Of a stretch of 5,492 nt of DNA, positions 1 to 5,048 are shown piece after piece. Source of the DNA: Escherichia phage lillemer; the sequence record MN850599.1, one strand, 5' to 3'. The notes beneath the pieces are model-generated. The model did no database searches. It saw only the letters and a list, made by a program, of their open reading frames with translations, and was not told where the DNA came from. Each line of letters begins with the position of its first letter. Within the stretch, counting starts at the first letter, position 1. A program made the translations under genes and the position numbers.

Positions 1-845
1 CCATGTTCCGGTACGAAGAAGCGAGGAACAGAGTGACGGAATGTTTGCTGGACGCGGCCAGAGAATTGACCTAATGAAGTTTGGTCAGTGCCGTCGATAT
101 CATAGCCAGAAGCCCAGAAGTTAGAGCGCATAAGCAGAAGAGGACGATTATCAGCGTCATAGTGAGTTTTGCCACCGAACGAAGAGATTACGTCACGGTA
201 ACGTTGCATGAAGTAGTCACGCTCTTGGTCAGTGTGAAGTTGGGCGTAGGCAGCTTGAAGACCCATGATATCAATGGAGGTAGCGCCAGTAGTCATAGCG
301 CGGGTAATTTCCGTTTGAGGAGGAAGAGGCGCAGACCAGATGTTTTTTAAGTGACAGCAGCGGAAGCCGTGACGACGGTCGTCGTCGTTTAAGTTAGATG
401 GGTTTGCCTCAGTACGGTCAGCCATCCAAGGAGCTTTGAAGTAGTTATTGTAAATATTGAGATAGCCTTGGTGCAGGAACTTGGGAACCTTGCCGTCAGC
501 AGAAGGGATTACACCAAGATAAGAAGCACTGTCGACATATTCGCCAGTGGTTACAGGGTTAAGAGATGCGGCAGCAACGCCAGTTTTCATAAATTGAATC
601 CATGCATCGCCATAGATATGACGGTGTGGAATGTAGAAAGTGAAGTAATCAACAGTTGAGTCAATAGCCAGGCCGCGACGCAGAGGGGATAAGCGTAAAG
701 CACCAACAGCGTCAAGCTGGAAAGAATCACCAGCGATAACAGGGGTCCATGATGCGACTTTAAGGCGACCAATAGCGCCAGTGTTGAAGACCAGATGTGA
801 TAAATCAATTGCATCACGAGAGGCAGAAGTTTGAACATTAGACAT
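1..845 (-). CDS. F: Major capsid protein F, N-terminal segment (partial; starts at ATG 845..843 and runs off the window start)
   Basis: ATG at 845..843 preceded by AAGGA about 8 nt upstream. Hand translation gives MSNVQTSASRDAIDLSHLVFN..., resembling recalled phiX174 F N-terminus (MSNIQTGAERMPHDLSHLGF). Codons at the window start (plus 3..35) read ...HSVPRFFVPEH, which abuts the start of the C-terminal segment at the other window end. Not in the ORF track, consistent with a frame that has no stop before the window edge. Only the two ends were translated by hand, not the interior. Confidence 0.85.
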   Translation of the reverse strand, partial: MSNVQTSASRDAIDLSHLVFNTGAIGRLKVASWTPVIAGDSFQLDAVGALRLSPLRRGLAIDSTVDYFTFYIPHRHIYGDAWIQFMKTGVAAASLNPVTTGEYVDSASYLGVIPSADGKVPKFLHQGYLNIYNNYFKAPWMADRTEANPSNLNDDDRRHGFRCCHLKNIWSAPLPPQTEITRAMTTGATSIDIMGLQAAYAQLHTDQERDYFMQRYRDVISSFGGKTHYDADNRPLLLMRSNFWASGYDIDGTDQTSLGQFSGRVQQTFRHSVPRFFVPEH

Positions 846-863
846 TTTATATCCTTAAATAGA

Positions 864-881
864 GTGGGACCGTGGTCCCAC
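864..881 (-). terminator. J-F intergenic stem-loop (7-bp GC-rich stem GTGGGAC/GTCCCAC, 4-nt loop) followed by T-rich tract; candidate T_J-like terminator or mRNA-stabilising hairpin
   Basis: Viral strand reads TAA(J stop)-CCTTCTAT-GTGGGAC-CACG-GTCCCAC-TCTATTTAAGGATATAAA-ATG(F). Inverted repeat seen directly. A GC-rich hairpin occupies the same J-F position in phiX174 (recalled). Confidence 0.55.
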
Positions 882-889
882 ATAGAAGG

Positions 890-976
890 TTAGAATTGTG
901 AGCCGCCAACGTACCAGAGGCGGGAGCCTTTCTTGTTGCCAGCGGAGCCGCGGCGATATGATTTGCCTTTAGCCAT
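890..976 (-). CDS. J: Small basic DNA-binding/packaging protein J (28 aa)
   Basis: Hand translation from ATG 976..974: MAKGKSYRRGSAGNKKGSRLWYVGGSQF, stop TAA at 892..890. Very basic, C-terminal RLWYVGG motif matches recalled phiX174/G4 J. Start overlaps D stop as TAATG. AAGGA SD about 10 nt upstream. Confidence 0.85.
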   Translation of the reverse strand: MAKGKSYRRGSAGNKKGSRLWYVGGSQF

Positions 977-1256
977 TACATGATTCCTTGTGCACGGAGT
1001 TTAGCGCGGATGTTGTCTTCGGCACCTTCGAGGACGTCTTTACAGCCGGCGCGGACACGGAGAACGAAAGCGAAGAGTTCGGAAGCCTTAACTGGGGATT
1101 CAACGCCATTGACGATGTTTTCAGTAAATTCGGCTCCTTCCATGATGAGACAAGCGGTCTGGGTGTTGACCGGATGAACGTAGTAAGCGATAACAGCAGA
1201 AATAAATTCAACAGGAGCAGGAAAGCGAGGATACCCGACAAAGTCCAGTGTTCCAT
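969..1256 (-). CDS. E: Lysis protein E (95 aa), embedded in gene D in a different frame
   Basis: Track ORF 969..1313, trimmed to internal ATG at 1256..1254 (GAGG about 11 nt upstream). Product MEHWTLSGILAFLLLLNLFLLLSLTTFIRSTPRPLVSSWKEPNLLK... has an N-terminal hydrophobic helix and an RP(L)VSSWK segment like recalled phiX174 E. Lies wholly within D (+ J start) in an alternative frame, as in phiX174. Confidence 0.85.
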   Translation of the reverse strand: MEHWTLSGILAFLLLLNLFLLLSLTTFIRSTPRPLVSSWKEPNLLKTSSMALNPQLRLPNSSLSFSVSAPAVKTSSKVPKTTSALNSVHKESCNG

Positions 1257-1431
1257 ATACGCAGGCCTCGACAGCGCGGCGGGCGCGGGAGCGGTCAGTA
1301 GCAATCCAGACACGGTCGCCAGTTAAGAATTCGAAGTCGTCTTCGGTAAGGTCGAGGACGGATGAGGCTTGAATCATTTTGATAGAAGCGATTGCAGTTT
1401 GAAAGGCTACAGCAGATTCGTTGGAGTTCAT
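976..1431 (-). CDS. D: External scaffolding protein D (151 aa)
   Basis: Track ORF 976..1431. Strong similarity to recalled phiX174 D (ASIKxIQASxVLDLTEDDF, VWIATDRSRARR, YGTLDFVGYPRFPAPVEF, YYVHPVN, ACLIMEGAEFTEN). ATG 1431..1429 overlaps C stop (ATGA). AAGGA SD about 9 nt upstream. Confidence 0.93.
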   Translation of the reverse strand: MNSNESAVAFQTAIASIKMIQASSVLDLTEDDFEFLTGDRVWIATDRSRARRAVEACVYGTLDFVGYPRFPAPVEFISAVIAYYVHPVNTQTACLIMEGAEFTENIVNGVESPVKASELFAFVLRVRAGCKDVLEGAEDNIRAKLRAQGIM

Positions 1432-1688
1432 TTAGTATTTCCTTTGTTGTTACGGGTTGTTTGTGTGGGGGATAGTACCCCCCGTTCGATTAATATGTCA
1501 ACTAAAGATTGTTTGCCATGTACGAAATGTTCTTCGTAGCGGAACCAGTCCTTAAGAAGAGCGCCCAGCATGTTAAGCCATTTTTCCTCGTCAAGGGCAT
1601 CAGCCTTAGAGAGTATTGCGAGTTGATGGCGAAAGGTTGAGAAGTAAGACCCTCTCGAGCTCTTTAGTGCAAGATTGAATTTCTTCAT
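1428..1688 (-). CDS. C: Protein C (86 aa; switch from dsDNA replication to ssDNA synthesis/packaging)
   Basis: Track ORF 1428..1706 begins at a GTG; the ATG at 1688..1686 gives [58 protein letters not shown]..., closely matching recalled phiX174 C. The ATG overlaps the A stop (ATGA), as in phiX174. Confidence 0.88.
   Translation of the reverse strand: MKKFNLALKSSRGSYFSTFRHQLAILSKADALDEEKWLNMLGALLKDWFRYEEHFVHGKQSLVDILIERGVLSPTQTTRNNKGNTK
1472..1501 (-). promoter_or_regulatory. Candidate sigma70 promoter pD (TTGACA-N18-TACTAT) inside gene C, upstream of D
   Basis: Viral strand: TTGACA (plus 1501..1496), 18-nt spacer, TACTAT (plus 1477..1472), about 40 nt upstream of D ATG. Same hexamers and position as the phiX174 pD promoter as recalled. 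Confidence 0.6.
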
Positions 1689-1770
1689 TTTCCACCAGCA
1701 GTCCACTTCGATTTAATTCGTAAGCAAGCAGTAGTAATTCCTGCAGCAGCAAGGTAGTTTTTGGTTTCAT
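1606..1770 (-). CDS. K: Protein K (54 aa), overlapping the A/C junction in a third frame
   Basis: Hand translation from ATG 1770..1768: [54 protein letters not shown], stop TAA 1608..1606. ELLLL(V/A)YELNRSGLL and LSPSTN-like segments match recalled phiX174 K. ATG overlaps B stop (TGATG). Too short to appear in the ORF track. Confidence 0.7.
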   Translation of the reverse strand: MKPKTTLLLQELLLLAYELNRSGLLVENEEIQSCTKELERVLLLNLSPSTRNTL

Positions 1771-2710
1771 CAGAAGTATCCATGAGTGTTAATTTCTGAG
1801 TCATTGAAGCGATAAAATTCTGCAGGTTGGACGCTCCGATTGTTCGGGTCAAATCGCGCATAAATTTTAGCAGATTGGTCGTTACAGGTTGCGCCGCCAA
1901 AACGGTCGCGACAGATGCTTTTGCCAGCCTCGATTTCAGCTCTTTCTTGGCGTTCTGCTTCAAGACGTTGTTGAACGGGGTCGAGTCGTAGCCCAGCTGG
2001 GTCAGTTGGATCAATGTTTCGGCGGTCAGGTGCGCCATTGATAACATCTTCATCCCGAAGTTGCGGGACATTCGGATTCTGAATAGTTTGGTTGGTAGTA
2101 GAGATATTTTGGTCTTGAGTGATGCGTTCCATTCTTTATTCCCTAGGCCTTTTGCGGCCATATCAATATCAGATTTTTTGTTAACGTATTTAGCGACGTA
2201 GAAGCCGACAGCCATATACGAGGTAGCTTTAAGGGGTTCACCCTTTGAGTCGACAGGCCAGAGCCAGCCAGCGCGCGAGAATGCGTCTTGGGAGTACCGG
2301 ACTGCGATGGGCATAGAATAGCCATAGGGCCATGTGTTTTGCAAGGAGTTTATTTGGCGATTAGTGCGTACCAGCTTACCGAAGTTAGGGTCACGAGAAC
2401 CCATAGGAAGTGTGCGCATAAGGTGCACTGCGTGGAAATGTAGACGACCGTGCTGTGTGCCATACTCTGGAACACAAAAATACTGATAGCAGTCGGCGTG
2501 TGAGTCATTAGCAGAGCGACCCTCGGCAGCAAGCACCATACGACCAATATCACGGAAGTAGTCACGAAGAGCATTGGGATTATCATAGAAAGCCTGTATG
2601 CGGTCATCGGCCAGAGTAAGAGTGTCGAATACAACATACCAGCCGTCAGTGTGGGCTTGGCGCATGGCATTCATCAGTCTTTGAACGGTAAAGCCACGGC
2701 GTGATTTCAT
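1685..2710 (-). CDS. A*: A* (in-frame internal initiation product of gene A, 341 aa)
   Basis: Internal ATG at 2710..2708 (A codon 204, MKSRRGF...) with GAGG about 9 nt upstream; same position and context as the phiX174 A* start as recalled. Expression not verifiable from sequence. Confidence 0.55.
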   Translation of the reverse strand: MKSRRGFTVQRLMNAMRQAHTDGWYVVFDTLTLADDRIQAFYDNPNALRDYFRDIGRMVLAAEGRSANDSHADCYQYFCVPEYGTQHGRLHFHAVHLMRTLPMGSRDPNFGKLVRTNRQINSLQNTWPYGYSMPIAVRYSQDAFSRAGWLWPVDSKGEPLKATSYMAVGFYVAKYVNKKSDIDMAAKGLGNKEWNASLKTKISLLPTKLFRIRMSRNFGMKMLSMAHLTAETLIQLTQLGYDSTPFNNVLKQNAKKELKSRLAKASVATVLAAQPVTTNLLKFMRDLTRTIGASNLQNFIASMTQKLTLMDTSDETKNYLAAAGITTACLRIKSKWTAGGK

Positions 2711-3319
2711 GGTGGATTCCTCAAGCATTTTTGAGCATTCATCCTTAATACCCTTCGCCTTTGCATAGTTGTAATCGGCGCGGATATCTTTAAGGGGTCG
2801 TTTAGATACGAGCTGTGACCAATGGGTGTTAACAGGTTTATCATAAAGCATACTCCAGTGGGCGTTACCTTTAGGGGTGTGGTCTATAGTGTTATTAATA
2901 TCAAGTTGTCCGAGCACGTCGTAACATTCTTGCAGTTCGTCAGCAATGGCGATGACTGTAAGGCGGTAATCCTCACCGATTTCATCAGAGAGGCGTAATT
3001 CGTTAGGGGCAGTTTGAGGGATTGGTTTACGGCGAATGATATCGTCCAGGGTAAATGTGTCAGGGTATTGAATGAGTTTTGGGTTGTGTCCTTTTTGATG
3101 GGCACGATAGGCAATAGTAGTAGCCAGTTGAGAATTTGGGTTCATGTAGAAGTCTTGAGTTTCAGGGCAGCGACGGATTCCGTTTGTCCAGTGAGCAAGA
3201 ATTTCTTCGAGTAATTTTACGCGAGTGTTTACCTGTTTCCAGATACGGAGGTTTGGGGATTGCGTGAGTGTCGACATGCCAGCGGCTTCGACGAGGGGTT
3301 TGATGAGTTCTACAGACAT
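1685..3319 (-). CDS. A: Replication initiation protein A (HUH rolling-circle endonuclease, 544 aa)
   Basis: Track ORF 1685..3319. HUH motif GRLHFHAVH (H294/H296) and catalytic tyrosine pair [10 protein letters not shown] (Y374/Y378, codons at plus 2198..2200 and 2186..2188). C-terminal two-thirds closely match recalled phiX174 gpA. ATG 3319..3317 with GGAGG SD. Contains the 30-nt origin. Confidence 0.95.
   Translation of the reverse strand: MSVELIKPLVEAAGMSTLTQSPNLRIWKQVNTRVKLLEEILAHWTNGIRRCPETQDFYMNPNSQLATTIAYRAHQKGHNPKLIQYPDTFTLDDIIRRKPIPQTAPNELRLSDEIGEDYRLTVIAIADELQECYDVLGQLDINNTIDHTPKGNAHWSMLYDKPVNTHWSQLVSKRPLKDIRADYNYAKAKGIKDECSKMLEESTMKSRRGFTVQRLMNAMRQAHTDGWYVVFDTLTLADDRIQAFYDNPNALRDYFRDIGRMVLAAEGRSANDSHADCYQYFCVPEYGTQHGRLHFHAVHLMRTLPMGSRDPNFGKLVRTNRQINSLQNTWPYGYSMPIAVRYSQDAFSRAGWLWPVDSKGEPLKATSYMAVGFYVAKYVNKKSDIDMAAKGLGNKEWNASLKTKISLLPTKLFRIRMSRNFGMKMLSMAHLTAETLIQLTQLGYDSTPFNNVLKQNAKKELKSRLAKASVATVLAAQPVTTNLLKFMRDLTRTIGASNLQNFIASMTQKLTLMDTSDETKNYLAAAGITTACLRIKSKWTAGGK
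1770..2132 (-). CDS. B: Internal scaffolding protein B (120 aa), encoded inside gene A in a different frame
   Basis: Track ORF 1770..2132: ...PQLRDE..., EAERxxRxEIEAGKS, RFGGATC(N/D)DxSAxIYARFD, [12 protein letters not shown]-terminus match recalled phiX174 B. ATG 2132..2130. Stop TGA overlaps K ATG. Confidence 0.9.
   Translation of the reverse strand: MERITQDQNISTTNQTIQNPNVPQLRDEDVINGAPDRRNIDPTDPAGLRLDPVQQRLEAERQERAEIEAGKSICRDRFGGATCNDQSAKIYARFDPNNRSVQPAEFYRFNDSEINTHGYF
2315..2344 (-). promoter_or_regulatory. Candidate promoter pB (TTGCAA-N18-TATTCT) inside gene A, upstream of B
   Basis: Viral strand: CTCC-TTGCAA-AACACATGGCCCTATGGC-TATTCT-ATGCCCATCGCAGT. Positionally equivalent to the recalled phiX174 region TTGCAAAATACGTGGCCTTATGGTTACAGTATGCCCATCGCAGT, about 190 nt upstream of B. 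Hexamers are weak; assignment is tentative. Confidence 0.35.
2879..2908 (-). other. Viral (+) strand origin of rolling-circle replication (30-nt gpA recognition/nick site) inside gene A
   Basis: Reverse complement of plus 2879..2908 is CAACTTGATATTAATAACACTATAGACCAC, identical to the conserved phiX174/G4 origin as recalled. Expected nick between G and A of CAACTTG/ATATT, i.e. between plus 2902 and 2901 on the '-' strand. Encodes [10 protein letters not shown] of protein A. Confidence 0.85.
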
Positions 3320-3324
3320 GTTAA

Positions 3325-3346
3325 AGCCTCCGTGTTAATGGAGGCT
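3325..3346 (-). terminator. H-A intergenic stem-loop (AGCCTCC / GGAGGCT, 8-nt loop) containing the gene A Shine-Dalgarno; T_H-like terminator / 5' mRNA hairpin
   Basis: Viral strand: AGCCTCC-ATTAACAC-GGAGGCT-TTAAC-ATG(A). 7-bp stem seen directly. phiX174 has an analogous hairpin (GCCTCCAAATCTTGGAGGC) immediately upstream of the A start (recalled). Confidence 0.6.
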
Positions 3347-3376
3347 ATTAGATAGGATTTATGATGTGATTGTCAA
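3347..3376 (-). promoter_or_regulatory. Candidate sigma70 promoter pA (TTGACA-N18-TCTAAT) between H and A
   Basis: Viral strand: TAG(H stop)C-TTGACA-ATCACATCATAAATCCTA-TCTAAT, immediately followed by the hairpin. Perfect -35 hexamer (plus 3376..3371), 5/6 match at -10 (plus 3352..3347). Same place as phiX174 pA (recalled). Confidence 0.5.
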
Positions 3377-3377
3377 G

Positions 3378-4415
3378 CTATTTGCGAGACATGTTGGAGC
3401 CTACTCCGTCGGCTTTACCATCTTTCCAATAATTGTTCCAAGTGTCAGACACAGCTTTATCAACGCCGCGAAAATAATCAACAATACCAGAAGATGCGTC
3501 ACTAATGACATTTGATACGTCCTTGGCGGTTTTACCGACCTGTGATGATGCATAACGTGAGTTTTGGACTTCCTGTTTTGAGCGGTCAGTTTCTACATGG
3601 GTGCGTTCAGTGTTAGCACGAACAGCATCAATATCAGCGCCGACTTTTCGAGTAAGTTCTTGGATTTGAGCGTTAGTAAAGTGTTGTCCTGAGGTTTGAG
3701 CCTGAGTAAGCATTTGGCGCATAATTTCAGAAGTTTGTTGTTGTTTGGTGAGGCTTGTGTTTTCGAGAATAGCGCCAACACGTGACATAGATTCCTTTTG
3801 GTTGTATTGGAGCATTTCGTTTTGAGCATATACAGAGTCCTTAGTATTCATGCGTGATGTGGCAGACTGGATACCAGCGATATCCTTTTGGGTGTCGTTT
3901 TGCATCTTAGCGATTTTGACTTGGTTGTCAAGTTGCATTTTGATTAGTTGTTTTTGGTTTTCAAAACCAGCGTCAACCATACCAGCAGAGGAAGCACCAG
4001 CGCCAGCGCGTTCCCACGGGTTGAGCTCGGGGAACGCAGAAGCAAGGTAATCTTTAGTATCCTTGCCTTTATCAGCAGCAGATTTGCCACCGAGGCCAAT
4101 TTTGTTAAGAAGAGCTTGTTGAACAGCAGAGCCGCCAGCTTGTAGAGTACCATCGAGAAGTCCTTTGCCAGCATCCTTAAGTGAGGAGACGGCAGATTCG
4201 GTAAATGTAGGAGCCGCCTGATCAGGGCTAGGCGGGTTAGGTCCCTGCATAACAGATTGAATACCTGCATTGTCAGCAGAGATAGTAGTTTCAGGGGTAG
4301 CGAAGAGGCCTTGTCCAGGAGTTGAAGGGGCGGCTTGTTTATTGCCGCCCATCAGTTTGGACATTAGACCGCCAGCAAGAGTAGAGGCGATGCCGCCAGC
4401 GATTGCACCAAACAT
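3378..4415 (-). CDS. H: DNA pilot / minor spike protein H (345 aa)
   Basis: Track ORF 3378..4415. N-terminus [19 protein letters not shown], central Gln-rich heptad region ([22 protein letters not shown]...[10 protein letters not shown]...) and C-terminus DTWNN(Y/F)WKDGKADG(V/I)GSN(M/L)SRK match recalled phiX174 H. ATG 4415..4413 with AAGGA SD spanning the G stop codon. Confidence 0.95.
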   Translation of the reverse strand: MFGAIAGGIASTLAGGLMSKLMGGNKQAAPSTPGQGLFATPETTISADNAGIQSVMQGPNPPSPDQAAPTFTESAVSSLKDAGKGLLDGTLQAGGSAVQQALLNKIGLGGKSAADKGKDTKDYLASAFPELNPWERAGAGASSAGMVDAGFENQKQLIKMQLDNQVKIAKMQNDTQKDIAGIQSATSRMNTKDSVYAQNEMLQYNQKESMSRVGAILENTSLTKQQQTSEIMRQMLTQAQTSGQHFTNAQIQELTRKVGADIDAVRANTERTHVETDRSKQEVQNSRYASSQVGKTAKDVSNVISDASSGIVDYFRGVDKAVSDTWNNYWKDGKADGVGSNMSRK

Positions 4416-4424
4416 AGAGATTCC

Positions 4425-4949
4425 TTATTTGAGAGGTTGCAGAGTTGTGATTTCTTGGTCAACCTGATTAATTGAGATGGAGCCGTACACAGTATCGGCG
4501 ACAAATGATTTCGCAATAAGGGCAATACCTACATAAACAGGATTGCCAGAGCGAGAAAGAGTAGAGACAGTAACGCAGTCCTTAACGGACAGAGTAGTAT
4601 CAGATGATTTAAATTCCAACGGATAATAAGTAACCGCAGAGGCGGGGATAGCCGTTGGGACAGTAGCAGATTCAAACCGACAAAGAACAGGTACGAGGCT
4701 GCCGATAGTAGAAAGTGAGGCAGCAACAGAAACGACCTGATTGTCGGTATGAGAGGAGTTGTCGATAGCGACAACAGCAGAGATACCGCCTGGAGAAGTC
4801 AGGGCGGTAGTAGTTAGATTCACAAATAGATTGTCACGCGCAACGGTTGGCGTATTAATAATAGGAGCCAACGCGGCGGGAGTGACAGCCTTTGTGATAG
4901 TAGTAGTAAATTGAGGAGAATTGTGTTTAGTGACAAAGTTCTGGAACAT
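4425..4949 (-). CDS. G: Major spike protein G (174 aa)
   Basis: Track ORF 4425..4997 begins at a TTG. The ATG at 4949..4947 is preceded by TAAGGA about 9 nt upstream and gives MFQNFVTKHNS..., matching the recalled phiX174 G N-terminus (MFQTFISRHNS). VVSV, RFES..VP, VKDCVT, NxVYVG and C-terminal LQPLK are also conserved. Confidence 0.9.
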   Translation of the reverse strand: MFQNFVTKHNSPQFTTTITKAVTPAALAPIINTPTVARDNLFVNLTTTALTSPGGISAVVAIDNSSHTDNQVVSVAASLSTIGSLVPVLCRFESATVPTAIPASAVTYYPLEFKSSDTTLSVKDCVTVSTLSRSGNPVYVGIALIAKSFVADTVYGSISINQVDQEITTLQPLK

Positions 4950-5000
4950 TTGAGTAGTCCTTATAGTTAGGTAGCTAACGCGCTTGCGCTTGTTCAACCT

Positions 5001-5036
5001 GACAGGGGGCGAAAAATTAAAATTTTTCCCCCTGTC
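5001..5036 (-). other. F-G intergenic long hairpin (9-bp GACAGGGGG/CCCCCTGTC stem plus inner A5/T5 stem); candidate complementary-strand origin / primosome assembly site or structural terminator
   Basis: Plus 5001..5036 gacagggggcgaaaaattaaaatttttccccctgtc is an imperfect inverted repeat. The phiX174 F-G spacer has an analogous AAAAATTTTAATTTTT-centred hairpin (recalled), and this spacer hosts the PriA site in phiX174 and the primase origin in G4. Not followed by a U-tract, so not a canonical intrinsic terminator. Confidence 0.55.
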
Positions 5037-5048
5037 ACGTTATAGGCT

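Noticed and set aside
1257-1313. Upstream start giving a 114-aa E (track ORF 969..1313)
   Set aside because: The conserved E N-terminus (M-x-x-WTL followed by the hydrophobic helix) begins at the ATG at 1256, which has a GAGG RBS. The extension has no E-like features.
1689-1706. GTG start at 1706 giving a 92-aa C
   Set aside because: The ATG at 1688 overlaps the A stop as ATGA, as in phiX174, and yields the conserved MKKF N-terminus. The GTG extension lies within A/K coding sequence.
587-4774. Alternative-frame '-' strand ORFs inside F, A, H and G (587..883, 2143..2325, 2350..2670, 2884..3114, 3593..3829, 3944..4270, 4529..4774)
   Set aside because: They are off-frame reads through known genes with low-complexity, Leu/Ser-rich products. 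The known embedded genes (B, K, E, A*) were identified separately by motif conservation and proper starts. No comparable evidence exists for these.
4950-4997. Upstream TTG start giving a 190-aa G (track ORF 4425..4997)
   Set aside because: The extension MNKRKRVSYLTIRTTQ lies in the F-G spacer with no RBS. The downstream ATG at 4949 has a strong TAAGGA SD and begins with the conserved MFQ N-terminus.
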